Origin: Methanocaldococcus indicus
GTDB lineage: Archaea; AGJL01; Methanococci; Methanococcales; Methanocaldococcaceae
Length of the DNA: 64,000 nt
NCBI RefSeq assembly: GCF_049554935.1
Contig: NZ_CP186926.1
Coordinates: 1 to 64,000, forward strand
Reading direction: 5' to 3'
The notes under the pieces were generated by a model. That model had not been told where the DNA came from and made no database searches. It saw only the letters and a program-made list of their open reading frames with translations. Position numbers and translations under genes: made by a program. Shown one piece after another: positions 40,868-51,386 of this stretch (position 1 is its first letter; each line of letters opens with the position of its first letter).

Positions 40868-41932
40868 ATGGATGTATTTAAATTTATAGAAAAAGAACCT
40901 TCAAAGAAAGAGGTATTTGAACTATTCTATACAGAAGATATTCATGATTTATTTAAAGTTGCAGATATTTTAAGAAAGAGGATAGTTGGAGATATAGTCA
41001 CTTATGTGGTTAATAGAAATATAAACTTTACAAATATCTGTGTAAATAATTGTAGGTTTTGTGCTTTTAGAGTCAATGAAAATGATAAAAATGCATATTT
41101 TTTAGATATTGATGAGATTGTTAAGAAAGCTGTTGAAGCTAAAAGATTTGGATGTACAGAAGTGTGTATTCAGAGTGGATTACATCCAAAAATTGATACT
41201 TACTTTCAGGCTGAAATTTTAAAAAGAATTAAAGAAAAAGTAAATATTCATATACATGCATTTTCTCCTATGGAAATAAAATTTGCAGCTGAAAATTCAG
41301 GTTTAACTATTGAGGAGGCTCTCAAAATATTAAAAGAGAGTGGATTAGACAGCATTCCTGGGACAGCAGCTGAGATTTTAGTAGATGATGTTAGAGAAAT
41401 AATATGTCCAAATAAAATAAAAACAAGAGAATGGATTTCTATAATTAAAAAAGCTCATAAATTAGGAATTCCCTCAACATCTACCATAATGTATGGACAT
41501 ATTGAAGATTATAAAGATATTGTTGAACACCTTTTCATTATTAAGGATATCCAGGAAGAAACCAAAGGTTTTACTGAGTTTGTGCCTTTATCATTCATTT
41601 ATGAGAATTCACCAATTTACAGAGAGGGTTTAGCAAGAGATGGAGCAACAGGGATAGAAGATTTAAAAATTTATGCTATAAGCAGAATATTATTCAGAGA
41701 AAAATTAAAGAATATACAGGCATCTTGGGTTAAATTAGGAAAAAAGATGGTTCAAATTGCTTTAAGATGTGGGGCTAATGATGTTGGGGGAACATTAATG
41801 GAGGAAAATATTTCTAAAAGTGCAGGAGTAAAGTTTAGAGAATATATGAGTGTTGAGGAAATTAGGAATATGATAAAAAGAATAAATTTAATTCCAAAGC
41901 AAAGAACTACACTTTATGAGATTATAGAGTGA
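40868..41932 (+). CDS. cofH: FO synthase subunit CofH
   Basis: VNRNINFTNICVNNCRFCAF, PGTAAEIL, NIQASWVK, GGTLMEENIS. Confidence 0.93.
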   Translation: MDVFKFIEKEPSKKEVFELFYTEDIHDLFKVADILRKRIVGDIVTYVVNRNINFTNICVNNCRFCAFRVNENDKNAYFLDIDEIVKKAVEAKRFGCTEVCIQSGLHPKIDTYFQAEILKRIKEKVNIHIHAFSPMEIKFAAENSGLTIEEALKILKESGLDSIPGTAAEILVDDVREIICPNKIKTREWISIIKKAHKLGIPSTSTIMYGHIEDYKDIVEHLFIIKDIQEETKGFTEFVPLSFIYENSPIYREGLARDGATGIEDLKIYAISRILFREKLKNIQASWVKLGKKMVQIALRCGANDVGGTLMEENISKSAGVKFREYMSVEEIRNMIKRINLIPKQRTTLYEIIE

Positions 41933-41936
41933 AATA

Positions 41937-42281
41937 ATGAAAATGGCAATAGTTTTAAGGAATGATTTAGGTATGGGAAAGGGAAAGTTAGTGGCTCAAG
42001 GTGCTCATGCAGCAGTTGAATGCTTTATTATTGCCAAAAAAATGATTCCAAACAAAGTAGAAGAATGGTTAAGAGAAGGACAGAAAAAGATAGTTTTAAA
42101 AGTAAATTCAGAACAGGAACTTTTAGATATATATAATAAATCTAAATCTCTTGGAATTCCTACATCACTAATTAGAGATGCTGGAAAAACACAACTAACT
42201 CCTGGAACATTAACAGCAGTTGCTTTATTAGAGAAGGATGATATTGTTGATAGAGTAACAGGACATTTAAAGTTATTATAG
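41937..42281 (+). CDS. pth: Peptidyl-tRNA hydrolase Pth2
   Basis: MGKGKLVAQGAHA, GQKKIVLK, DAGKTQ, TGHLKLL. Confidence 0.96.
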   Translation: MKMAIVLRNDLGMGKGKLVAQGAHAAVECFIIAKKMIPNKVEEWLREGQKKIVLKVNSEQELLDIYNKSKSLGIPTSLIRDAGKTQLTPGTLTAVALLEKDDIVDRVTGHLKLL

Positions 42282-42297
42282 TTTTTTATTAGAGTGT

Positions 42298-43773
42298 TTA
42301 TACTACAACTCCTTCTAAATACTTTGAATGAGCTTTAATGATTTTAACTTTCTTTTTTTGTCCAATATATTTTTTTCCTTTTTTAACAACTACCATTAAT
42401 CCACTATCTAAAAGATAACCAACAGCATCCTCTTTATTTTTTAGATGCTCCTCAGCAACAATAACCTCTATAACTTTTCCAACATATCTTTTTTTAATTT
42501 CTAAGTTTATTTTATTAGCAGTTTTTTTTATTAAATAGCTGTATTTAGTTAAATTTGGCTTAAAATTATAGAATGAGCTCATAGGAAGAGGTCTAAATCT
42601 ATATACTGTTATTTTATCAATATATGGCTTAATTTTGTGCATAAATTCAACAGTATTTTTAGCGGTTTCTTTATTTTCTCCTGGAAGTCCATAAATAAAA
42701 TAAACTTGTGCCTTTAAATTAAATTTCTTAGCTATTTTAACAGCTCTTAAAACATCTTCTGGATAAGAAGGCCTACCAATAAGTTCAGAATGTCTTTTAT
42801 CTCCTGTCTCACAGCCAATATATAAAGTAGTATTTAAATATTTTGATATTATTTTAGCTACTTTCTCATTAAACAAATTAGCTTTAACATTTTCAATCAT
42901 TATATTTGAGTTATACTTTTCAGCTAAATCTTTACAATTCTTTAAAAGAGAGTCTATTGCTTCATAATTCACTTCACCATATGGAGAAAATTGCTTTTCT
43001 CTTTTATAATCTAAAAAGTCAGGAGCAGATAAGACTATTCTTTTTACACCTCTCCTTAAAAGCTCTACTATCTCCTCTAAAATTTTTTCTTCATCTCTAC
43101 TTCTTGCATAGCCAAAAACAGAAGGAACTGAACAAAAACCACAACCAGGATTTATATTTAAAGGACATTTTAAAGTTCCTTCTTTACATAGAGAACATTT
43201 TTTATTTTTGCATAATAATAGAGCTCTTTTAAAATTACTACAACCTCTAACAACTTCCACATAAACTCTTGCTGATTTATAATTTTTATAATCTTCTATT
43301 TCATAAGAAGGTGTTATTAAACTTAAATCTTTTAAAATCTCTCTTAGTGAATTAATTTTTAATTCATCATCCCAGTAAGTTGTTCCTTTTACTTTTTCTG
43401 GATTAAAATCTTTTCTTATAAGTTCTCTTAAAGTTATTTCTGCCTCTCCAACAATTGTAATATCTCCTTCAATCTTCTCTAAAAGATATAAATCATTTGC
43501 AATTGGTCCTCCAATAATAATTTTTGAGTCAGTTTTTAATTTAATTTTTTGCACAAGTGTTTTTACTGCTTTAAAATCTGAGGTCATTGCACTTATAAAT
43601 ATTATATCTTCTTTTTTAATTTTAGATAGTGCTAAATCCTCATAAGGAATAATTTTAGCTTTAAAACCTACATTCTCTAAAATACCTTTAACAGTTCTTG
43701 GTCCTGCCCCTATTACATCCCTTGTTAATAACTTCTTACCATCCCCAACTGCTAAGCAATCAACTATAATCAT
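42298..43773 (-). CDS. B12-binding-like radical SAM protein with C-terminal TRAM domain
   Basis: DVIGAGPR, GGP, EVVRGCSNF...(Cys-rich insert)...GCGFCSVP, GCETG, YGLPGE. Confidence 0.85.
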   Translation of the reverse strand: MIIVDCLAVGDGKKLLTRDVIGAGPRTVKGILENVGFKAKIIPYEDLALSKIKKEDIIFISAMTSDFKAVKTLVQKIKLKTDSKIIIGGPIANDLYLLEKIEGDITIVGEAEITLRELIRKDFNPEKVKGTTYWDDELKINSLREILKDLSLITPSYEIEDYKNYKSARVYVEVVRGCSNFKRALLLCKNKKCSLCKEGTLKCPLNINPGCGFCSVPSVFGYARSRDEEKILEEIVELLRRGVKRIVLSAPDFLDYKREKQFSPYGEVNYEAIDSLLKNCKDLAEKYNSNIMIENVKANLFNEKVAKIISKYLNTTLYIGCETGDKRHSELIGRPSYPEDVLRAVKIAKKFNLKAQVYFIYGLPGENKETAKNTVEFMHKIKPYIDKITVYRFRPLPMSSFYNFKPNLTKYSYLIKKTANKINLEIKKRYVGKVIEVIVAEEHLKNKEDAVGYLLDSGLMVVVKKGKKYIGQKKKVKIIKAHSKYLEGVVV

Positions 43774-43855
43774 AACCTCTCACATTACATAGAAAGTTTT
43801 AAAATTAATAGTTATATTTTTACTATTTGATGAGTTATTAAATAGGGTTTATATT

Positions 43856-44527
43856 ATGCACAAACAGAGATTTTGTTTAGATACAAGTGTCTTTACTGAG
43901 CCATCAGTAAGAAAAGCTCTTGGTTATAAAACAATAACAGAGCTAACAAATAGGTTAATGGATTTGATAGCTGAGGCAAGAGTAAAATTGAATATCTCTT
44001 GTCATATTCCTTATCCATCTGTTTATAATGAGTTAATAGGTTTCTTAGAAAATGAAAACTGTCCTAAAGATGTTATAATTAAAGTTGATACTTGGTTAAT
44101 TAAAAAGACCCCTAATAGGTATGAAATTCAAATGCCATCAGAAATTTTTTATAGCTATATAAAAGATTTAAGGGATAGGATAAATAAAGGGTTAAGAATT
44201 GGAGAGGAACATATAATAAAAACTGCTGATTTAGTTTATGAAGAACTCAAAAAGAATCCTGACATAAATAAAAGGGAACTTTTAAACAAAATCTTATCAA
44301 AAACAATAAATACATTTAGAAATAAATATAGAGCCGCTCTGAGAGTGGGAACATTAGACAGTGCTCCTGATTTAGATGTTCTATTATTAGCTAAGGAGTT
44401 AGATGCTGCTGTTGTGGCAAGTGATGGTGGAATTGAAAAATGGGCTCAAAAGTTAGGGTTAAGATTTGTTAATGCAGTAGATTTTCCATTTATGCTTGAA
44501 GAATATTTAAAACACTTTAAAAAGTGA
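43856..44527 (+). CDS. RNA-free RNase P (HARP, PIN-like)
   Basis: FCLDTS, RDRINKGLRIGE, YRAALRVGTLDSAPDLDVLLLAKELDA, SDGGI. Confidence 0.92.
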   Translation: MHKQRFCLDTSVFTEPSVRKALGYKTITELTNRLMDLIAEARVKLNISCHIPYPSVYNELIGFLENENCPKDVIIKVDTWLIKKTPNRYEIQMPSEIFYSYIKDLRDRINKGLRIGEEHIIKTADLVYEELKKNPDINKRELLNKILSKTINTFRNKYRAALRVGTLDSAPDLDVLLLAKELDAAVVASDGGIEKWAQKLGLRFVNAVDFPFMLEEYLKHFKK

Positions 44528-44916
44528 TGATTATGACTTTTTTATTGATAAGAGGAGATAATTATGAAAAACTAAAAAATGCCTTAGCAGATGTAGATAG
44601 GCATGCAGAACTTACTATTATTGGAAAACCAAAAATTATAGTTCCTGAGGCAGCAGATGAAATTTTGTCAAAGATTTTAGGAGAAGTAAAAAAACCTTGT
44701 AAAACAGCATGTGTTGCTAAAATAGCAGAAAAAGCTCCTAAGGCCATAGATAGAATTAGAAAGATACATCCTCCTGCTCATATTGTAGTTATTAGTGACA
44801 GATATAGAGAGGTTTATTTTGGATTGTTGGAGGATTTTCCAAAACTTCCAGTATTAAGAGGATATTACAAATCTAAAAAGAAAAAATTAAATAAGCCAAA
44901 AAATAAATCTAAATAA
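44524..44916 (+). CDS. Conserved archaeal protein (DUF356-like)
   Basis: LIRGD...ALADVDRHA...GKPKII...RKIHPPAHIVV. Confidence 0.8.
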   Translation: MMIMTFLLIRGDNYEKLKNALADVDRHAELTIIGKPKIIVPEAADEILSKILGEVKKPCKTACVAKIAEKAPKAIDRIRKIHPPAHIVVISDRYREVYFGLLEDFPKLPVLRGYYKSKKKKLNKPKNKSK

Positions 44917-44938
44917 AATATTTTTATGGGAGATTTTT

Positions 44939-45436
44939 ATGCAACCTATTATTGTTGAAATTAAAGATAGAAAAAATGAACTAATTTTTAATGGTGAGAA
45001 AAAACTTAGGGAACTGTATGATACAAGGATAAAGTTAGAGCTTGCAAGAGATATGAACAATCCAAATGTTATAGAAAAATTAGAAGAAAAAGAACAAGAT
45101 TTAGTTTATGACTTATCAAAAATAGATTTGGCTATAAAAACATTAGAAGCTTTGGAGTATATTATTGAAAACAACATTTTTGAATCTTATTGGGAAAATA
45201 TTGAAAAAAAATATTCTTTGGATGATTTATTGGAAATAGTTGTAAGTAATGGATTAAATATCAAAAAAATATGTTTAGATTTATATGAAAGAGAAAATAT
45301 TAATGATAAGAAAATTTTGGACAATATTTTAAAACTTCCTGATGAAGAAGTATGTGAAGAATGTAAGGATAAAAATGCCTTCAAAAAGATGTTAGAAAGA
45401 ATCAAAATGTTAAAAGAAAAGTTGAAAGGTGAGTGA
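44939..45436 (+). CDS. Hypothetical helical protein
   Basis: 165-aa ORF with GGGAG RBS, abutting ileS. Confidence 0.7.
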   Translation: MQPIIVEIKDRKNELIFNGEKKLRELYDTRIKLELARDMNNPNVIEKLEEKEQDLVYDLSKIDLAIKTLEALEYIIENNIFESYWENIEKKYSLDDLLEIVVSNGLNIKKICLDLYERENINDKKILDNILKLPDEEVCEECKDKNAFKKMLERIKMLKEKLKGE

Positions 45437-48400
45437 ATGGAAAGAGTTGGGGATGTAAATTTTAGAGAGTTGGATAAAAAAATAAAAAAGTTTTGGGAAG
45501 AAAATAAAATTTATGAAAAAGTTAAAGAAAGAAATAGAGAAAATAAAGAGTTTTATTTTGTAGATGGTCCTCCTTATTGTTCTGGGGCTATACACTTAGG
45601 AACTGCTTGGAATAAGATAATTAAAGATACTTATTTAAGATTTAAGAGAATGCAAGGATACAATGTTTTAGATAAAGCTGGATGGGATATGCATGGTTTG
45701 CCAATAGAGGTAAAAGTTGAGCAAACACTTGGAATAAAATGTAAGAAAGATATTGAAAATTATGGTGTTGATAAATTTATAGAAAAGTGTAAAGAATTTG
45801 CTCTAAAACATAAAGAAATTATGGAAAATCAATTTAAAAATTTAGGGGTATGGTTAGATTGGGAAAATGCATACATGCCTATAACTAAGGAATATATGGA
45901 GATAGGTTGGTGGACATTAAAGAAAGCTTATGAAAAAGGATTATTAAAGAAAGATTTGAGGGTTGTTTATTGGTGTCCAAGGTGTGAGACAGCTTTAGCT
46001 GAGCATGAGGTTAGAGGAGAGTATAAAGAAGTTGAAGACCCTTCATTATATTGTAAATTTAAGTTAGAGGATGAAGATGCTTATTTAATAATATGGACAA
46101 CAACTCCATGGACATTAGTTGCTAATTTAGCTGTGGCTGTTCATCCTGAATATGACTACTGTTATGTTGAAGTTGAAAAGGACAACAAAAAAGAAGTTTG
46201 GATAATAGCTGAGAAGTTAGTTGAAGATGTTTTAAGAAAAGCTAAAATCTCCAATTATAAAATAATTAATAAAGTTAAAGGTAAGGATTTAGAATTTAAA
46301 AAATATATTCATCCTCTTTTAGATGAAGTAGAAAAACAGAGAGAATTTAGAGAAAAAGCACATTTTGTTATTTTGGGTGAGCATGTAACTTTGGAAGGAG
46401 GAACTGGATTAGTTCATACTGCTCCTGGACATGGGGAGGAAGATTTTGAAGTAGCTAAAAGATACAATCTTCCTATTTATTCTCCAATAGATGACCAAGG
46501 TAGATATACAGAAGGAAAATGGAAGGGAATGTTTGTTAAAGATGCAGATAGGGAGATAGTTAAAACCTTAGAAGATAAAGGGTTATTAGTAAGTTTTGGG
46601 AAGATAAAGCATAGTTATCCTCACTGTTGGAGATGTAAAACACCACTCTTATTTAGAGCAACAGAACAATGGTTCTTAATGATTTCAAAAATTAAAGATA
46701 ACATAATTGAGCAAGCTAAGACAGTTGAATGGATTCCTGACTGGATAGAAACAAGATATATAAATGGAGTCAAATTTGTTGGAGATTGGAACATATCAAG
46801 ACAAAGATATTGGGGTATTCCAATTCCTGTATGGGTTTGTGAGAAATGTGGAAAATATGTTGTTATAGGAAGTATAGAAGAGCTAAAAGAGAGAGCAATT
46901 GAAAAAGTGGAGTTAGAAGATTTACATAAACCTTATGTTGATAATATTAAGTTAAGATGTGAATGTTCAGGAGTTATGAAGAGAATTCCAGATGTTTTAG
47001 ATGTTTGGTTTGATTCTGGATTAGCTCCTTATGCATCTATAAACTCAAAAGAACTTAAAAAAGCAGATTTTATAACAGAAGGACATGACCAAGTTACAAA
47101 GTGGTTCTACTCTCAGCATGCACTATCAGCCATCATATTCAATGATGTTCCATACAAAAAATGTCTAACTCATGGTTTTACTTTGGATGAGAAAGGAGAC
47201 AAGATGAGTAAAAGTTTAGGAAATATTGTAAGTCCTGATGATGTTGTTGAAAAATATGGTGCTGATATATTAAGATTCTATTTATTATCTGCAAATAAAG
47301 TTTGGGAAGATTTAAGATTTGTATGGAGTGAAGTAGATGATGTTTTAAGTGTATTCAATACATTATGGAATATATATAAATTTGCAGTTAATTATATGGT
47401 TTTAGATAACTTTAAACCAAAAGATGAATACTTTAACTATGTAAAAGATGAAGATAAATGGCTTTTGAGTAGAATAAATAGCTTAGCAAAGTTAGCAGTT
47501 GAAAGTTTAGAAAAACCATATTTCCATACATACACATGGGCAATTAAGGACTTTATTGTGAATGATTTAAGTAGATGGTATATAAGGTTAATAAGAGATA
47601 GAACTTGGAAAGAAGGAGAAGATAAAGATAAATTTTCAGCTTATCAAACACTTTACTACTGTTTAATGAAACTCTCTAAAATAATAGCTCCTGTAACTCC
47701 ACATATTGCTGAGGAAATTTACCAAAACTTAAAAGATAATGAAGATTTAGAAAGTGTATTTATGCATAAAATTGAGATAGATGAGAACTTTATAGATAGG
47801 GAGTTAGAGGAAGATATGGACATAGTAAGGGAAATAGTAGATGCAATATATAGAGGAAGAGATAAAATAAAATACACATTGAGATATCCTTTGAAGGAGA
47901 TAGTTATCTCATGCCCTGATGATGTTAAAAAATCAATAGAAAGATTTAGTTATATAATAAAAGAACAAGGAAATATTAAAGAGCTTAAATTTGGTGAAAT
48001 GGGAGAGTATAAGATAAAACCTAATTATAGAGAGTTAGGTAGAAGATACAAAAAAGATGTTCCTAAGGTTGTTGAACTTTTAAACAAGGTTGATGCAAAA
48101 GAATTTTTAGAAAAATTAAAAGAAGATGGGAAGGTAATTTTAGAAGGTTATGAAATACTTCCAGAGTATATAGATATAAAAATTGAGCTTCCAGAAGATA
48201 TAGAAGGGATAGAGTTTAGTAAAGGAACTATATATATAAATGCAAAATTTGATGAAGAACTAATAAAAGAAGGTTTAATGAGAGAAGTAATAAGAAGAAT
48301 ACAAGCAATGAGAAAAGATTTAGATTTGGATATTGAAGATAAAATTAAATTTAGTGTTGAGGGATTAGATATTGAGGAGTTTAAAGATAAAATAGAGAGA

Positions 48401-48514
48401 GAGGTTAGGGGAATATATACAAAAGATTTAAAACCTGAATATGAAAAAGTTTGGGAAATAAAAACACCTAACAAAAAAGTTTATAATATAAAAATATCTA
48501 TTGAAAAAATCTAA
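45437..48514 (+). CDS. ileS: Isoleucine--tRNA ligase
   Basis: DGPPY, HLGT (HIGH), WTTTPWT, GTGLVH, WNISRQRYWG, KMSKS. Confidence 0.98.
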   Translation: MERVGDVNFRELDKKIKKFWEENKIYEKVKERNRENKEFYFVDGPPYCSGAIHLGTAWNKIIKDTYLRFKRMQGYNVLDKAGWDMHGLPIEVKVEQTLGIKCKKDIENYGVDKFIEKCKEFALKHKEIMENQFKNLGVWLDWENAYMPITKEYMEIGWWTLKKAYEKGLLKKDLRVVYWCPRCETALAEHEVRGEYKEVEDPSLYCKFKLEDEDAYLIIWTTTPWTLVANLAVAVHPEYDYCYVEVEKDNKKEVWIIAEKLVEDVLRKAKISNYKIINKVKGKDLEFKKYIHPLLDEVEKQREFREKAHFVILGEHVTLEGGTGLVHTAPGHGEEDFEVAKRYNLPIYSPIDDQGRYTEGKWKGMFVKDADREIVKTLEDKGLLVSFGKIKHSYPHCWRCKTPLLFRATEQWFLMISKIKDNIIEQAKTVEWIPDWIETRYINGVKFVGDWNISRQRYWGIPIPVWVCEKCGKYVVIGSIEELKERAIEKVELEDLHKPYVDNIKLRCECSGVMKRIPDVLDVWFDSGLAPYASINSKELKKADFITEGHDQVTKWFYSQHALSAIIFNDVPYKKCLTHGFTLDEKGDKMSKSLGNIVSPDDVVEKYGADILRFYLLSANKVWEDLRFVWSEVDDVLSVFNTLWNIYKFAVNYMVLDNFKPKDEYFNYVKDEDKWLLSRINSLAKLAVESLEKPYFHTYTWAIKDFIVNDLSRWYIRLIRDRTWKEGEDKDKFSAYQTLYYCLMKLSKIIAPVTPHIAEEIYQNLKDNEDLESVFMHKIEIDENFIDRELEEDMDIVREIVDAIYRGRDKIKYTLRYPLKEIVISCPDDVKKSIERFSYIIKEQGNIKELKFGEMGEYKIKPNYRELGRRYKKDVPKVVELLNKVDAKEFLEKLKEDGKVILEGYEILPEYIDIKIELPEDIEGIEFSKGTIYINAKFDEELIKEGLMREVIRRIQAMRKDLDLDIEDKIKFSVEGLDIEEFKDKIEREVRGIYTKDLKPEYEKVWEIKTPNKKVYNIKISIEKI

Positions 48515-48580
48515 ATTCTAAACTTCTATTTTTTTATTTTCAATACTTTATATTTAAATTAAAAAAATATTAAAGTGTGA

Positions 48581-49249
48581 TTGGATATGGTTAAAATAGG
48601 AGCTTCAATTTTGTCAGCTGATTTTAGTAATCTAAAAGAGGAAATAAAAAAAGCAGAAGATGCTGGAGTGGATTTTTTCCATGTTGATATGATGGATGGT
48701 CATTTTGTCCCTAATATAAGTATGGGGATTGGAATAGCTAAGCATGTAAAGAAAATAACAAAATTGCCAGTTGATGTGCATTTAATGGTTGAGAATGTTT
48801 CTCTATTTATTGATGAGTTTAAAGGTATGGACTATATAACATTTCATATAGAAGCTGTTAGATTTCCATTTAGAATAATTAATAAGATAAATGAAATAAA
48901 TGCTAAACCTATAGTTGCTATAAATCCTGCAACACCATTAGATGCAATAGAGTATATATTAGATGATGTATATGGAGTTTTAGTTATGACTGTTGAGCCA
49001 GGATTTGCTGGGCAGAAATTTATTCCAGTTATGTTAAAAAAGATTAGAAAATTAAAAAGTTTAATTGTAGAGAATAGTTATGATACAAAGATTTTTGTTG
49101 ATGGAGGAATAAATATAGAAACTGCTCCTAAGGCGGTTAAAGCTGGAGCTGATGCTATTATAGCAGCTTCTGCAATATTTGGAAAAGGAAATGTACAAGA
49201 ATCAGTTAAACAATTAAGAGAAGCTATAAGGGGAGTTAAATATGGTTAA
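48581..49249 (+). CDS. rpe: Ribulose-phosphate 3-epimerase
   Basis: SILSADF, HVDMMDGHFVPN, DVHLM, MTVEPGFAGQ, VDGGI. Confidence 0.96.
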   Translation: MDMVKIGASILSADFSNLKEEIKKAEDAGVDFFHVDMMDGHFVPNISMGIGIAKHVKKITKLPVDVHLMVENVSLFIDEFKGMDYITFHIEAVRFPFRIINKINEINAKPIVAINPATPLDAIEYILDDVYGVLVMTVEPGFAGQKFIPVMLKKIRKLKSLIVENSYDTKIFVDGGINIETAPKAVKAGADAIIAASAIFGKGNVQESVKQLREAIRGVKYG

Positions 49250-50192
49250 GTTAAGTGGAGTATATAAAGGAATGAGAAAAGCTTATGGAGAAACATTAGT
49301 AGAGTTAGGTGAAAAGTATAAAAATTTAGTTGTGTTAGATGCTGATTTATCATCCTCAACTCAGACTGCAATGTTTGCAAAAAAATTTCCAGAGAGATTT
49401 TTCAATGTAGGGATTGCTGAACAGAATTTAATGGGAGTATCTGCTGGATTAGCCACAACTGATAAAATTGTTTTTGCATCATCTTTTGCAATGTTTGCAG
49501 CTGGAAGACCATGGGAAATTATTAGAAATATTATTGCTTATCCTAAGCTAAATGTTAAAATTGTTGCTACACATGCGGGAATAACTGTTGGAGAAGATGG
49601 CGCATCTCATCAAATGACAGAGGATATAGCAATAATGAGAGCTATTCCAAATATGGTAGTTATTGCTCCTTCTGACTATTATCATACAAAGAATGTTATT
49701 AGAGAGATAGCTAAATACAAAGGACCTGTTTATGTAAGAATGCCAAGAAGAGATACAGAAATTATTTATGAGAATGAAGAAGAAGCAACATTTAAAATAG
49801 GAGAAGGTAAAGTTTTGAAAGAGGGAGAGGATTTAACAATTATAGCAACAGGAGAAGAAGTGCCAGAAGCTTTAAGAGCTTATGAAATATTAAAAGAAAA
49901 TAATATTTCTGCTGAAATTGTTGAATTAGCAACAATAAAACCAATTGATAAAGATATAATAAAGAAGGCAAATGACTTTATTGTTACTTTGGAAGACCAC
50001 AACATAATTGGAGGTTTAGGAAGTGCTGTTAGTGAAGTTATAGCAACAGAAGGGTTAAATAAAAGATTAATGATGATAGGAGTTCCTGATGTCTTTGGAA
50101 GAAGTGGAAAAGCAGATGAATTGTTAAAATACTTTGGATTGGATGGAGAGAGTGTAGCTAAAAGAATTATGCAGATGATTAAAAATGGATGA
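49242..50192 (+). CDS. Transketolase C-terminal subunit
   Basis: DADL, GIAEQN, GEDGASHQ, KPID, GGLGSAV. Confidence 0.93.
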   Translation: MVKLSGVYKGMRKAYGETLVELGEKYKNLVVLDADLSSSTQTAMFAKKFPERFFNVGIAEQNLMGVSAGLATTDKIVFASSFAMFAAGRPWEIIRNIIAYPKLNVKIVATHAGITVGEDGASHQMTEDIAIMRAIPNMVVIAPSDYYHTKNVIREIAKYKGPVYVRMPRRDTEIIYENEEEATFKIGEGKVLKEGEDLTIIATGEEVPEALRAYEILKENNISAEIVELATIKPIDKDIIKKANDFIVTLEDHNIIGGLGSAVSEVIATEGLNKRLMMIGVPDVFGRSGKADELLKYFGLDGESVAKRIMQMIKNG

Positions 50193-51384
50193 AAAATTTG
50201 CCTCTAAATATGAAATATCTATTTTAAATAATTTGACTAAAAAAAACTTTTCTAATGATTTAGCAATAATTTTAAAAAAGATTGGGGGATTAGATTATAG
50301 AAAAAAGGTTTTTATAAGAGATAAATGTATTGGAATTTTAGAATTTGATTTGAATAAATTGGATTGGGTCTTCCATCCTTATGCTTCCTACTATTTATTA
50401 GAAGAGCCAAAAATAAAACTGAAAGATACAAAAAGGAAAATTAAAGGGAAAAAAGTTCCTCTAAATTTAATAGAGAATATAGAGGAGTTTAAAAAATTGG
50501 AAGATGGATATGTTGGTGTTGAATTAAAAAATTATGTAGGAGTTGGAATAAAAAAAGGAAATACTTTAAAAATCAAAGATTTGACTTTTAAAGATGAAGA
50601 GATAAAATTTGAAAAGATAGAGGAATATATAAAAAGAAATAAAGAAAGATTAGAAAAATTAGAAAGAAAAGCTAAAAACATAATTAGTAAATATAAAGAT
50701 AAAGATATAAATACATCTTTTTCAGGAGGTAAGGATAGTTTAGTATCTACATTATTAGCCAATGATATAATAAAAGATTTAGAAGTCATCTTTATAGATA
50801 CTGGTTTAGAGTATCCTGAGACTATAAAGTATGTGAAAGATATTGCTAAAAAATATGATTTAAACTTAGTTATTTTAAAAGGAGATGATTTTTGGGAAAA
50901 CTTAGAGAAGTATGGAGTTCCTACAAAGGATAACAGGTGGTGTAACTCAATACTAAAACTAAATCCATTAAGGGAGTATTTAAAGAAGTATAAGTTAGTT
51001 TATACTGTTGATGGAACAAGAAGGTATGAAAGCTTTACAAGGTGTAAGTTAAGTTATGAAAGAAAAAGCTCTTTTATAGATAATCAAATAAATGTATTTC
51101 CTATATTAGATTGGAAAGCAACTGATGTTTTTAGCTGGATATATAAAAATGAAGTGCCTTACAATCCACTATATGATAAAGGTTTTGAGAGAATAGGCTG
51201 CTATTTATGCCCTGCTGCTCTAACATCAGAGTTTTTGAGAGTTAAAGAGCTGTATCCTAATCTATTTAATAAGTGGTTTAATACATTGAAAAAGTTTGGT
51301 TATTCTGATGAAGAGATTTTAAAAGGTTTTTGGAGATGGAAAGAACTCCCTAAAAAGATGAAAGAACTTTTAAAGGTGAAATAA
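50185..51384 (+). CDS. PAPS/APS reductase family protein with N-terminal extension
   Basis: SFSGGKDS, DTG, RWCN, YNPLYDKGFERIGCYLCP. Confidence 0.87.
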   Translation: MDEKFASKYEISILNNLTKKNFSNDLAIILKKIGGLDYRKKVFIRDKCIGILEFDLNKLDWVFHPYASYYLLEEPKIKLKDTKRKIKGKKVPLNLIENIEEFKKLEDGYVGVELKNYVGVGIKKGNTLKIKDLTFKDEEIKFEKIEEYIKRNKERLEKLERKAKNIISKYKDKDINTSFSGGKDSLVSTLLANDIIKDLEVIFIDTGLEYPETIKYVKDIAKKYDLNLVILKGDDFWENLEKYGVPTKDNRWCNSILKLNPLREYLKKYKLVYTVDGTRRYESFTRCKLSYERKSSFIDNQINVFPILDWKATDVFSWIYKNEVPYNPLYDKGFERIGCYLCPAALTSEFLRVKELYPNLFNKWFNTLKKFGYSDEEILKGFWRWKELPKKMKELLKVK

Positions 51385-51386
51385 TA

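Noticed and set aside
43856-44527. PIN-domain protein as a toxin-antitoxin toxin or novel nuclease
   Set aside because: Motifs match the already characterised HARP protein-only RNase P family
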